This document shows positions 1 through 9,288 of a stretch of DNA of 64,000 bases, piece by piece; the first letter of the stretch is position 1; each line of letters starts with the position of its first letter. Location of the stretch: the NCBI GenBank assembly GCA_945928645.1, contig CAMENR010000001.1, positions 33,439 through 97,438 on the forward strand. The letters are read 5' to 3'. The notes beneath the pieces were generated by a model. It was not told the DNA's origin. It did no database searches and was given only the letters and a program-made list of their open reading frames with translations. A program made the position numbers and the translations under genes. This DNA is from an uncultured Clostridia bacterium (GTDB lineage: Bacteria > Bacillota > Clostridia > Christensenellales > UBA1242).

Positions 1-1184
1 GGAAATACCCAGACGGTTCTTTAACCTTAAGGGCAAAAATAGATATGTCACACCCAAATATCCTTATGCGTGATCCAATTATGTATAAAATTTCTCACGA
101 ACATCATTATAAGACTGGCAATAAATGGTGTATTTATCCAATCTATGACTTTGCACACCCAATGGAAGATGCGTTGGAAGGAGTAACATATAGTCTTTGT
201 GATATAACATTCCGTGTGCATAGAGAAGTGTATGAATGGTTTATTGACCATGGTTGGAACAAACCTTTTGCTCCAAAACAAAGGGAGTTTTCTACGCTTA
301 ATCTAGAAAATGTCTTGCTGGGCAAGCGTTATCTAAAAGCTTTGGTAAATGAGGGTAAGGTTTTGGGCTGGGATGACCCTAGATTTATGACAATAGTTGG
401 TATGAAAAGGCGTGGCTATACAGCAGAGGGGGTGAAAAACTTTATTCGCAGTTGCGGAGTTGTCGCCAGCGAAAGCACAATCCCTTTTAGCGCATTGGAA
501 TATCATGTTAGAGAAGACCTAAATAAGATTGCAACTCGAGCAATGGTAGTTATGTCGCCACTAAAAGTTATAATAACAAATTATCCAGAAGGACAAACAG
601 AAGAAATTTCTATTCCAAACAATCCAAATGATGAAAATGCAGGCAGTCATAAGGCATTGTTTAGCAGAGAAATTTACATTGAGCAAGAAGATTTTTCTCT
701 TAACCCACCTCCAAAATATAATAGGCTTATTGAGGGAGGTTTGGTAAGACTTAAGGGTGCATATGTAATTCGATGCAACAAAGTTGTTATGGACGGGGAT
801 AAAATTGACCATTTGGAATGTGAGTATTTGCCAAACACAAAAAGCGGGCAAGACAATAGTGGTATTAAGGTAAAGGGAACTATACATTTTGTTTCTAGTC
901 AAAATTGCTTTGAATGCACGATAAGGAATTTCAAAAATCTTGTAAAGTCAGAATATTTATGGCCATCAAAAGCCCTAGCAGACGGGATTTCTATTGATGA
1001 AATATTAGAAAAAGATTCCTTGATAGAAACTACTGCGTTGGCAGAAAATTTCTTAAAAAATACTAAACCATATGACAAATTTCAATTTATGCGTAAGGGT
1101 TATTACTGCACTGACAAAGACTCTACTGATAGTAGAGTGATATTTAATAGCACAATTTCACTAAAAGATGGGTTCAAAAAATAG
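1..1184 (+). CDS. glnS: glutaminyl-tRNA synthetase, 5'-truncated by the window edge
   Basis: Frame is open from nt 3 (KYPDGSLTLRAKIDMSHPNILMRDP). HHYKTGNKWCIYPIYDFAHPMEDALEGVTYSLC matches the class I GlnRS core, and a C-terminal anticodon-binding region follows. Confidence 0.9.
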   Translation, partial: KYPDGSLTLRAKIDMSHPNILMRDPIMYKISHEHHYKTGNKWCIYPIYDFAHPMEDALEGVTYSLCDITFRVHREVYEWFIDHGWNKPFAPKQREFSTLNLENVLLGKRYLKALVNEGKVLGWDDPRFMTIVGMKRRGYTAEGVKNFIRSCGVVASESTIPFSALEYHVREDLNKIATRAMVVMSPLKVIITNYPEGQTEEISIPNNPNDENAGSHKALFSREIYIEQEDFSLNPPPKYNRLIEGGLVRLKGAYVIRCNKVVMDGDKIDHLECEYLPNTKSGQDNSGIKVKGTIHFVSSQNCFECTIRNFKNLVKSEYLWPSKALADGISIDEILEKDSLIETTALAENFLKNTKPYDKFQFMRKGYYCTDKDSTDSRVIFNSTISLKDGFKK

Positions 1185-1234
1185 ACTTTAACAAAGGTTA
1201 TATTTTTGTCAAAACCTACAACTACAATAAAAAA

Positions 1235-2041
1235 ATGATGGAGTTTGATATGGGGTTTTTCGAAAGAATAGGTCTTATAAAAGGAAAAAAATCAGAAAAG
1301 AAACAAGGTTTATGTGCTTTGATTACTGGCGCTAGTAGGGGAATTGGTAAACAGATTGCATTGCAATTGGCAAGTGAAGGTATAAATGTAGTAATCAATT
1401 ATAATTCTTCTAAGCAACTTGCAGAAGAACTTTCAAAGACAATTGAAAGGAAATACGGAGTAAAAAGCATTGCAATAAAGGCCGATGTATCCAAAGTGGA
1501 AGAAGTTGACAAAATGCTAGAGCAGGTAAAGGAAGCTTTTGGCAAAATTGATTACCTAGTAAATAATGCAGGGATTTGTGTAGATATGGATATAAAAGAC
1601 CGAACGGTCGGTCAGTTTGTAAAAACCTTTGAAATAAATACATTTAGCACCTTTTACCTATGCAAAACTGTTGGTTCGGCTATGAAACTAAATGGTTTTG
1701 GGAAGATAGTGAACATATCGTCGAACAATTCTATCAACTGTTTTTATCCAACGACCATTGATTATGATGCATCAAAGTGTGCAGTAAATTCTCTTACAAG
1801 AAATTTTGCCATTGAACTTGCACCAGAGGTCAATGTCAATGCTGTTGCTCCAGGTTGGATTGATACTGATATGAATAAGGATGTTTTGACAGAAGACATA
1901 AAACCTCTTGAGGCTGGGAGGGTGCTGAAAAAACGAATTGGAACACCACAAGACGTGGCAAACGTTGTTTCCTTTTTGCTCTCTGACAAAGCGGATTATA
2001 TCACCGGTCAAATCATTGTAGTTGATGGTGGAATGTTTTAA
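1235..2041 (+). CDS. short-chain dehydrogenase/reductase, FabG-like 3-oxoacyl-ACP reductase family
   Basis: Rossmann TGxxxGIG (ITGASRGIGKQIA), NNAG, and the catalytic YxxxK (YDASK). The exact start among M1/M2/M6 is uncertain. Confidence 0.85.
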   Translation: MMEFDMGFFERIGLIKGKKSEKKQGLCALITGASRGIGKQIALQLASEGINVVINYNSSKQLAEELSKTIERKYGVKSIAIKADVSKVEEVDKMLEQVKEAFGKIDYLVNNAGICVDMDIKDRTVGQFVKTFEINTFSTFYLCKTVGSAMKLNGFGKIVNISSNNSINCFYPTTIDYDASKCAVNSLTRNFAIELAPEVNVNAVAPGWIDTDMNKDVLTEDIKPLEAGRVLKKRIGTPQDVANVVSFLLSDKADYITGQIIVVDGGMF

Positions 2042-2225
2042 TTACAATTTACCATATGCCAAATTCCATCAAATTAGTTTTATAACCAATTTTAATAAAA
2101 AAATGGCTAATGAAATAAGTACAGTGAATAAGACCCGACATAGAAAAGACTTGTTTTAGCTTTTATCAGTAATAGTATGTTGTAGTATTTTTTCAAAAGC
2201 TAAGGATATAAAAGAGGAGTAATTC

Positions 2226-4109
2226 GTGATAATAAAATCGTGGAAAAATAGTAATAGCCCAAAAGAAATTATGAAGTTAATACAAAAAACAAAGACTATT
2301 GATAAGTTCAAGGTTCTAACTTATTTTGGTTTATATCAAAAAGATTTGGGAATGTTGGAAAAACTATTAAAATCTGGATACTATACTCCAGAAGAAATTG
2401 CGGAAAAATATAGTAGGAGTTATTTGACATGGAGTTATGCTCCAGCTCGTAAATTGGTTTTAGATTTTTCTGATTTAGCATGGCAAAAATCAGATAATTT
2501 ATTAAAGATATTAAGTATAAATGCTGGAGGTGTTTCAGATGATTATGAATCTTTTTTGATAAAGTTAAAATATTTTGAGCGATATAACCATGAAATTTAT
2601 GAGCAACTATTACAAACTAGTAAGGGGCAAATTTATATTCTTAATACATTAGCTCAGGATGCTGAGAAAAATAAAAATCAAATTTTTAACATATTGATAA
2701 GGCATTCAAATTTGCTTGATGGTTTTGATTTAATGGGATATAGAGAGTTGTTTTCAGATGAGGAATTTGAGATAATACAGGAAGAACGAAAAAAAAATTG
2801 GAAATGTGATACTGAGCCTCAACTAATTATGTATAAGGCAACACCAGAAAATAAATGGGAAATACTTGAATATTTTGCAAATAAAAATGAAGTAATTTTT
2901 AATAGAATAGTCAGTGAATATGTAACAAGAACAAGGAAAACTATTAAAAAAATTTATTCTAGAAGCGAAATTCTTGAACATTATAGTTCCATTGAGTTAG
3001 ATCTATTGCCTCTTTGCTTAAAAAATTATATCCTGACATTAGAGAAAGATATTGTAAATGAGAAGAAATTAAAAAGGCAAAAGCAGAAAGAAAGGATTGA
3101 AGTAAAAGAAAAAAAGTTGTTGTCTTGGGATGATGAGTATGCTTCCACAATATTTTTATTTAAGCTTGGTTCAATTACACCTAAGTCAAAATATGAATAT
3201 GAGAAAGTTTTGAAAAAATATTTAGTAGAAAGTTTAAGTATTACTGCATTCTGTATAAAGTATCAAATTAGCAATGTTAAAGGGTTTAAGAAAATGCTTG
3301 AGAAGTTCTCTGCGGAAAACCCTCAATATGCGGAGCAAATTAAATCAAAATCAAACATACAACGAGTACAATATGTAGAAAAAGTAAAGGATATTATCAA
3401 GAGTATTTGTGTTAGAGGCGAGTCTGTTGGATCAATTATGAGGTATTCGAAAATATTTTCGCTTGAGGAATTGCAGGTGGCAGCAAGTAGTTTATTTGCA
3501 GATAAGGATTATTGTGAATCTTTGACTATTAAGGTTATTGAATATTATTATAGTAGATTAGTTTCACATAGATATAGTATTGAGTCTAGTAACTTAGAAA
3601 ATATGCTAACAAATGATGAAATAAGATTTATTGTAGGAGATGAAGAATACAATGCAATAATATTTGGCAAAAAAAGTGAGATAAAAAGAATATTTCTAAA
3701 AAGAATCTCTTTCTTAAGCTCAACACGATATGCACTTATTAGACAAAAAGAAAATAGTCAGATACTAAACTTAATAAAAGCGATTGCTAAATATGACAGC
3801 AAGTTCAATAAAAATGAATATTTAAAAATGACAACATTTCTGTTTACAGAATGTGGGGAACAAGTGAAAGTAACTAAGAAGATAGTAGATATGGCATATC
3901 AATATGCGTACTCTAAAAATATATATACTAGCGATGCTGTTATGAGGAGTTTAATTAAAGGCGTTGTGAATGGTAAAATTAAAAATATAGGGGAGAATGA
4001 ACAAGCCAAAAAAAATAGGAGCAAAGACTTGGAATTTTTTAACAAAATAACTAATATTGATGAATATTTCGCAGTAATAGATAATTTTTATAATAAAAAT
4101 AAACAGTAA
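2226..4109 (+). CDS. hypothetical 627-aa protein, K/E/I/Y-rich, probably all-helical, no recognised motif
   Basis: Long uninterrupted ORF. GTG start lies 6 nt after a strong SD AAGAGGAG (2212-2219). I found no Walker, HExxH, DxD or nuclease motif by eye. Confidence 0.6.
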   Translation: MIIKSWKNSNSPKEIMKLIQKTKTIDKFKVLTYFGLYQKDLGMLEKLLKSGYYTPEEIAEKYSRSYLTWSYAPARKLVLDFSDLAWQKSDNLLKILSINAGGVSDDYESFLIKLKYFERYNHEIYEQLLQTSKGQIYILNTLAQDAEKNKNQIFNILIRHSNLLDGFDLMGYRELFSDEEFEIIQEERKKNWKCDTEPQLIMYKATPENKWEILEYFANKNEVIFNRIVSEYVTRTRKTIKKIYSRSEILEHYSSIELDLLPLCLKNYILTLEKDIVNEKKLKRQKQKERIEVKEKKLLSWDDEYASTIFLFKLGSITPKSKYEYEKVLKKYLVESLSITAFCIKYQISNVKGFKKMLEKFSAENPQYAEQIKSKSNIQRVQYVEKVKDIIKSICVRGESVGSIMRYSKIFSLEELQVAASSLFADKDYCESLTIKVIEYYYSRLVSHRYSIESSNLENMLTNDEIRFIVGDEEYNAIIFGKKSEIKRIFLKRISFLSSTRYALIRQKENSQILNLIKAIAKYDSKFNKNEYLKMTTFLFTECGEQVKVTKKIVDMAYQYAYSKNIYTSDAVMRSLIKGVVNGKIKNIGENEQAKKNRSKDLEFFNKITNIDEYFAVIDNFYNKNKQ

Positions 4110-4197
4110 AAAAACTTTAAAAGCGTCATAAGAAATTATAGTAGGTAATAACACACATATTATAAAACTACAACTTATTTTGTCATTCAACCAACTA

Positions 4198-4225
4198 TTG
4201 ACAACTCAAAATTTTATGATATACT
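4198..4225 (+). promoter_or_regulatory. candidate sigma-A promoter for the HExxH gene
   Basis: TTGACA (4198-4203), 16-nt spacer, TATACT (4220-4225), with TGn just upstream (extended -10). Confidence 0.5.
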
Positions 4226-4281
4226 CACTATAACAATTAAAATACATTCATTTTTATTTTGTAAATGTATTGGAGGGTAAC

Positions 4282-5700
4282 GTGGGGAAAGATAAAGAGG
4301 AAGCTTTGAAAAATTACTTTTTGAAAAAGGCTTACAAAAAAAGAGATATTGTTGAAGATGATGGTCTTGTCAACTATGTGGATATGGCGACAGGTAAAGT
4401 TGTTTATAATGATTATGAATTAGGCATTGGAAAATTCAACTTTGAAGATGTATCAGAACTGTCTTTGGATGATGCAATAGAAGTCAGGGCAAAAGAATTG
4501 GAAAGTATATTTGAGATGGGACTAAATGCATCGGGTAATTTTTCAAGAAGAGATTGGTTTTTTTATGTTATTAAATCTGCTAGGGCTGTATCAAATTTTT
4601 GTTGCGCAGTGATGGATATTGACCCAAATAGTGTGCTAGTTGAGTATTACGGAAGTGATAAAGGTTATACAATTATTGACTTAAATAAAGAAAATAGCCT
4701 AAACAATCTTGAAAAAAATGAAGGTCAAAATAATTGTGAAGCAAATGAGAAGTGCGCTAGCAAGATTGCAAATCAAAATGAAAATTTAACAGATGATGAA
4801 CAAGATAATGAAGAGTTCCAAGTTCAAGACTTCAGTGATGCTGCATATACAACAGGGTTTTTGGAAAATGGAAAACCAAAGTTTTGTATAGGAATAAATA
4901 TTGCGTTCCCAATGGAAACTTCAGTAGGACGTGTCTCTGATGTTTTTTGCACTTTTTTTCACGAAATGTGGCATGTTAAGGAATACAATGAGGAACTTTT
5001 ACACTTAAAAAATGTGGCAGAAAATTTAATAATAAAAGAATGTGATGGTTCAGAGATTGAATTTGAAAAGCCTGAAAATATTACTGATGAAACAAAAATG
5101 AATTTTATACAACAACTTATTGACAGATACAAAAGATGTTCTGCATATTCTGTTGATTATAGAACTTGGAGCTGTAATCCATCAGAAAGGAAGGCAGACC
5201 TTTTTGGGACTAGAATGACAAAGTTCTTTCTAAATGAGATAAATGCGGATAAAAAAACTAAGAAACTATTTTTGCGTGATAGAAAACGAGTGATGAACGA
5301 TCACGACTTCAATAGTATTTATGTCCCTATAAGGTCAGCGATAAAGGCGTTGCTTAACATTGATGTTCCAGGAGAGTTAAAGGACAACCAATATTTTGCC
5401 GATGAGATTTCAGAAGATGAAAGAGTGTCTCTTCTTAGCATTGAAAAGGCAGCAGATAACAATCCTGATTTATTGGGTCAAGAAAATTTTGAGATCAATG
5501 ATTATCACAATCCATTAGAGATGACAGAACAAACGGCTGAAAATCAAAGAGATGTTTATATAGAATTCTTGAAAAAGAATTTTGATGCTGTAAACAAAAT
5601 TATGGATTTGAACGACGAATGTCTAAATATAGAATATATGGAAGAAGACCTTGAAAATAACAGAGAGGACATGGAAGCAGGGATGTATCTGTTAAATTAA
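4282..5700 (+). CDS. hypothetical protein with zincin-like HExxH motif (possible metallopeptidase fold)
   Basis: HEMWH followed by H nine residues later (FFHEMWHVKEYNEELLH). Acidic/N-rich linker in the middle. GTG 4282 lies 4-5 nt after GGAGGG (4272-4277); the track's TTG 4270 overlaps that SD. Confidence 0.6.
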   Translation: MGKDKEEALKNYFLKKAYKKRDIVEDDGLVNYVDMATGKVVYNDYELGIGKFNFEDVSELSLDDAIEVRAKELESIFEMGLNASGNFSRRDWFFYVIKSARAVSNFCCAVMDIDPNSVLVEYYGSDKGYTIIDLNKENSLNNLEKNEGQNNCEANEKCASKIANQNENLTDDEQDNEEFQVQDFSDAAYTTGFLENGKPKFCIGINIAFPMETSVGRVSDVFCTFFHEMWHVKEYNEELLHLKNVAENLIIKECDGSEIEFEKPENITDETKMNFIQQLIDRYKRCSAYSVDYRTWSCNPSERKADLFGTRMTKFFLNEINADKKTKKLFLRDRKRVMNDHDFNSIYVPIRSAIKALLNIDVPGELKDNQYFADEISEDERVSLLSIEKAADNNPDLLGQENFEINDYHNPLEMTEQTAENQRDVYIEFLKKNFDAVNKIMDLNDECLNIEYMEEDLENNREDMEAGMYLLN

Positions 5701-5933
5701 AATAGAAGAACTTATCTACAAAATTGAAATTATAGATAAGAATCTATCTTGCTAGATTAAAAATTTAGATTAAAAATAGAGAATAGTATATTTACTAAAT
5801 AAAAAGAAAGATTATTCTTCTACATTAAAAATAATTAAGTATAATTTTTATAATTTGTAAGCATAATCACTATAATTTATTTAATAAAAATCTCAGACTT
5901 TTTGACTGAAGTGTAATATTTATAATTAGTTAA

Positions 5934-5969
5934 ATAAAAAATCTCAGACATATTTGCCTGAGATTTTTT
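5934..5969. terminator. bidirectional rho-independent terminator
   Basis: A-run, stem ATCTCAG (5941-5947) / CTGAGAT (5958-5964), T-run to 5969. Follows tRNA-Leu on the minus strand and the HExxH gene on the plus strand. Confidence 0.65.
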
Positions 5970-6054
5970 GGTACCAAAGGAGGGACTCGAACCCTCATGA
6001 AGTTGCCCTCGTCAGATTTTGAGTCTGATGCGTCTACCATTCCGCCACTTTGGC
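5969..6054 (-). tRNA. tRNA-Leu (anticodon CAA), CCA encoded
   Basis: Reverse complement GCCAAAGTGGCGGAATGGTAGACGCATCAGACTCAAAATCTGACGAGGGCAACTTCATGAGGGTTCGAGTCCCTCCTTTGGTACCA folds as a cloverleaf. Anticodon loop is CTCAAAA, the variable arm is long, and the T-loop is GGTTCGAGTCC. Confidence 0.9.
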
Positions 6055-6306
6055 ACAAAATTATATTTGTAGCAAACCTATCACTTGCAACTCTTGTATA
6101 ATATCATAAATAATCAAAATATGCAATAATTTTTTTAGAGTTTTTCTAAAAAAAATAAAAATAGTTATTTTTACGCCTAATAATGTTAAAATTAGAACTT
6201 GAATGTTATTGTTGAAATAAGTAGTTTATTCGATAATTATATTTTCATAATTAAAACTTTGAATAAAATATTTTGCCAATTAGATTTATTGATGTATAAT
6301 ATTTCT

Positions 6307-6798
6307 ATGAAAGAAGTATATATTTGGACAGACGGGGCTTGCTCAGGGAATCCTGGCCCTGGTGGGTATGCAGGCATTATTACATGTGATGGTAGAGGGA
6401 AGAATGTTTTTGGGGCTAGGGAAGAAACCACAAACAATAGAATGGAGCTGTTGGCCGTTATAAAGGCATTGGAATTGTTAAAGGTTCAGTGTAAGGTTGT
6501 GTTACATTCTGACAGTGCCTATGTGTGCAATGCCATAAATAATGGATGGTTGGAGAGTTGGCAGTTGAGGGGGTGGAAAACAGCAGATAAGAAGACTGTT
6601 CTTAATCAGGATCTTTGGGAAAAACTGTTAGACTTGCTGACCAAATATGAGGTTCATTTTGTAAAAGTTAAAGGACATTCTGACAATAAATTAAACAACG
6701 AATGTGATGAAATGGCTCGAAATGCAATCTTAACGATGCAATCAAGGAAAGTTGATGCCTTTGATGAAGTAGAAGTCAGAAAAATTGAGCAAATATAA
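6307..6798 (+). CDS. rnhA: ribonuclease HI
   Basis: DGACSGNPGPGGYAGII, NNRMELLAVIKALE, HSDSAYV and VKGHSDNKLNNECDEMA supply the RNase H1 D-E-D-H-D residues. Start moved to ATG 6307 (MKEVYIWTDGA); the longer TTG ORF has no support. Confidence 0.9.
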   Translation: MKEVYIWTDGACSGNPGPGGYAGIITCDGRGKNVFGAREETTNNRMELLAVIKALELLKVQCKVVLHSDSAYVCNAINNGWLESWQLRGWKTADKKTVLNQDLWEKLLDLLTKYEVHFVKVKGHSDNKLNNECDEMARNAILTMQSRKVDAFDEVEVRKIEQI

Positions 6799-6840
6799 GA
6801 TTTAATATAAATGCTATTTTGTTTGTTTTATAATGAAAAA

Positions 6841-6863
6841 GCTCCAATAAAATGGAGTTTTTT
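6841..6863 (+). terminator. rnhA terminator
   Basis: Stem CTCCA (6842-6846) / TGGAG (6853-6857), then T6. Confidence 0.55.
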
Positions 6864-6999
6864 CATTGAGAACTTTTCATTGAGAACTTTTCATTGAGAA
6901 CTTTTCATTGAGGACCTTTCATTGAGAGTTTTTCATTGAGAACTTTTCATTGAGGACCTTTCATTGAGAGTTTTTCATTGAGAACTTTTTATTAAGAAT
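6860..6999. repeat. tandem repeat, 10 x 14 bp (TTTTCATTGAGAAC) with 42-bp higher-order period
   Basis: Read directly. Unit boundaries are 6860, 6874, 6888, 6902, 6916, 6930, 6944, 6958, 6972 and 6986. The variants gagaac/gaggac/gagagt recur in order. Confidence 0.95.
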
Positions 7000-7165
7000 T
7001 ATCTAAGGTTTATTAAGAAATATATCTGTGTTTTGTTGTGTGTAATAATTTTGCCACAATATTTTATTTTTATATATAAACAGTTTGTTATAAGTTCAAA
7101 TTTTTTCAAAGTGGTTTTGGTGATTTTTATAAGTTAAATTTTGCAACAAACAAATCTCATAGTTT

Positions 7166-7906
7166 TTATCTATGTTTAGAAAGTTTGTTGTCTATTATTA
7201 GAGTAATTGAAAGCAATAGGACAATATAAAATAGAACATATAAGATGTGTGGATAAATACAACTTGTCCCAATGGTCTGCAATTCTGTGGCAATGGCTAC
7301 AGAATGAGAGAATGGAAGGAGATTAACTATTGTCCCAAATGTTCCAGAAAAGGCAGTTGTTGGCATAAAAATTCCGCCAAAGATGCCTATTACACTAATT
7401 AGGATAGAAGATATAGGTCCAGTAACTTTTTCGTTTTTTGAGATAACTCCTATAAAAATTCCAAAAGTTATGTATAATATTGCTGACGGAATAAGATAAA
7501 TTATACTAAGTAACAAATTGAAATTAAATGGAAAGCCAAAAGCCAATGCTACCATGAAAAATAGAGTTGTTTGAAGCAAAACCATAGGGAAGGAGGAAAT
7601 GTAGTAACTAAAGAGATAATTGTAACGATGGATAGGGGATATATCTAGTCTTTTTATGAATGATGTGTTTTTATCTGTGGCTATTTGCATTGAAATATAG
7701 AGGGAGATAAAGGTGTATCCAAATACGCATATCCCACTAGCATAATTTTGAATTTGGAAATTATCCGGAGTGCTTGGTATGCTTTTGAATAAAATTTGCA
7801 TAAGCAAAAGCATAAAAAGAGGAAATGCTATGCATAAGACCAAACTGACAGGATCTCTAAACATTTCTATAATATTACGTTTTGCAATAACAAAAGTTTT
7901 TCTCAT
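7166..7906 (-). CDS. ABC-2 type transporter permease
   Basis: About 6 hydrophobic spans. N-terminus MRKTFVIAKRNIIEMFRDPVSL is typical of the ABC-2 family. Overlaps the upstream ATPase gene by 4 nt. Confidence 0.85.
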   Translation of the reverse strand: MRKTFVIAKRNIIEMFRDPVSLVLCIAFPLFMLLLMQILFKSIPSTPDNFQIQNYASGICVFGYTFISLYISMQIATDKNTSFIKRLDISPIHRYNYLFSYYISSFPMVLLQTTLFFMVALAFGFPFNFNLLLSIIYLIPSAILYITFGIFIGVISKNEKVTGPISSILISVIGIFGGIFMPTTAFSGTFGTIVNLLPFSHSVAIATELQTIGTSCIYPHILYVLFYIVLLLSITLIIDNKLSKHR

Positions 7907-8616
7907 ACTTCCTCCTCTGTAATGGAAAGAAAAGCATCTTCAAGATTCTTTGTTCCTGTGTTTTTCAAAATTTCTTCTATACTGCCTACACTTTTAATTT
8001 TGCCATGTGATATGATTCCTACTCTATCTGCTAAATTTGCTACTTCCTCAAGATAATGAGTAGTTAGTATAATGGTCATTTTACCCTTTAGTGAAGATAT
8101 TGTTTCCCACAAAATTTTTCTCGCTTTTATGTCAAGTCCCAAGGTTGGCTCATCAAGAAATAACACCTTTGGTTGTGATATTAGTCCAAGCGCTAGGCTA
8201 ACTCTCCTCATTTGCCCTCCAGAAAGATTTTTGCATCTAATATTTGCCTTTTCTTGTAGTTGAAGTTTTGATATTATATTGTTAATTTTTTCTTCCTTGT
8301 CTGTTATATTGTACAAAGAAGCAATAAAATTCAAATTCTCTCTAACTGTAAGATTTTTTGCAACTGCTGTTTCCTGTGGGGAAATGTTTATAATCTTTCT
8401 TACCTCAAGTGGATTTTTGATAATATCAAAACCACCAATTTTTGCTGTTCCACTGGTAGGCAATAGAACAGTTGAAAGCATATTGATAAGCGTTGTTTTG
8501 CCTGCACCATTTAGTCCAAGCAGGGCAAAACACTCATTTTCTTTTATCCTTAGGCTGAGATTGTCCACTGCTACAAGGGATTTATATTTTTTGGTTAAAT
8601 TTTCAATTTCAATCAT
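7903..8616 (-). CDS. ABC transporter ATP-binding protein
   Basis: Walker A GLNGAGKTT, signature LSGGQMRR, Walker B LFLDEPT. Start placed at ATG 8616 (MIEIENL) behind SD GGAGAG. Confidence 0.9.
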   Translation of the reverse strand: MIEIENLTKKYKSLVAVDNLSLRIKENECFALLGLNGAGKTTLINMLSTVLLPTSGTAKIGGFDIIKNPLEVRKIINISPQETAVAKNLTVRENLNFIASLYNITDKEEKINNIISKLQLQEKANIRCKNLSGGQMRRVSLALGLISQPKVLFLDEPTLGLDIKARKILWETISSLKGKMTIILTTHYLEEVANLADRVGIISHGKIKSVGSIEEILKNTGTKNLEDAFLSITEEEV

Positions 8617-8824
8617 TTTGCTCTCCGTTTTTTGCCTTAAAAATTTCTTCTGCAAATTTCAAATAATCATCGTATTTGGCTATGCCAATGCCTCTTTCGG
8701 TGTCGCCTAAAAGGATTAACATATCGCCTTCCTTTATATCAAATACATCTCTTGCTTCTTTAGGGATAACGATTTGACCTTTACTAGTTACCTTGGTTGT
8801 CCATATAAATTTTTTCTTTTCCAT
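8609..8824 (-). CDS. AbrB/SpoVT-domain small DNA-binding protein
   Basis: KVTSKGQIVIPKEARDVFDIKEGDMLILL is the swapped-hairpin AbrB/MazE-type motif. Its stop overlaps the ATPase start by 8 nt. Confidence 0.8.
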   Translation of the reverse strand: MEKKKFIWTTKVTSKGQIVIPKEARDVFDIKEGDMLILLGDTERGIGIAKYDDYLKFAEEIFKAKNGEQND

Positions 8825-8855
8825 CTTTGCTCCTTGTCTTACTTATCTTACCTAT

Positions 8856-8883
8856 ATTTTATATTTTATTTACAAATTGTCAA
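8856..8883 (-). promoter_or_regulatory. candidate sigma-A promoter of the AbrB-like/ABC operon
   Basis: On the minus strand: TTGACA (8883-8878), 16-nt spacer, TAAAAT (8861-8856). Confidence 0.45.
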
Positions 8884-9288
8884 AAGATTTAATAAAAAAT
8901 GTTGAAAAAATCTGTATATCTTACATTAAAAAATAGATATCTTTAATATTACTTTATAAAATTTATGATAATTTTATAATATTTGTATTTATACAAGTTG
9001 GAAAAGTAAGACAAAAAATGCTTATTCCTAATTATTTTATAACTGTAGTAAGAATTTTGTTTATGCTAAATTAACAAGGAATTTAACTAAATATTTGATA
9101 AGTAAATATGTATATAGTTTGTTGATAACGTATGTGTTTTGGTAAGTTGTATAGTTAATAATTTAGTAACGTACCAAAAACTTCATTCAATGTAATAATT
9201 TTTTTATTTTCAAAAAATGTTTATAATTGACTTGTTTTGACAATATATGTTTGATAAAATTATAGTGAAAATATGGGGAACAGATTGT

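Noticed and set aside
2042-2225. Searched for a direct repeat of the tRNA-Leu 3' end (att site) at the left border of the orphan cassette
   Set aside because: No match beyond TACCA to TGGTACCAAAGGAGGG, and no integrase. The cassette cannot be called a canonical integrative island.
6860-6999. Tandem array considered as a CRISPR array
   Set aside because: The units are contiguous 14-mers with no spacers. The repeat is too short, and no cas genes are nearby.
9136-9180. Hairpin TTTTGGTA...TACCAAAA with TAACGTA direct repeats in the AbrB/polymerase intergenic region
   Set aside because: The stem is an 8-bp AT-rich pairing with a 27-nt loop, which is weak. No adjacent T-run or gene context gives it a role.
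9237-9260. SOS box and sigma-A promoter upstream of the Y-family polymerase
   Set aside because: GACAATATATGTTTG shares only the right half-site (ATATGTTT) with the lexA box. TTGACA (9237-9242) is only 12 nt from TGaTAAAAT (9252-9260), a non-functional spacing. SOS control is plausible but not shown by the sequence.
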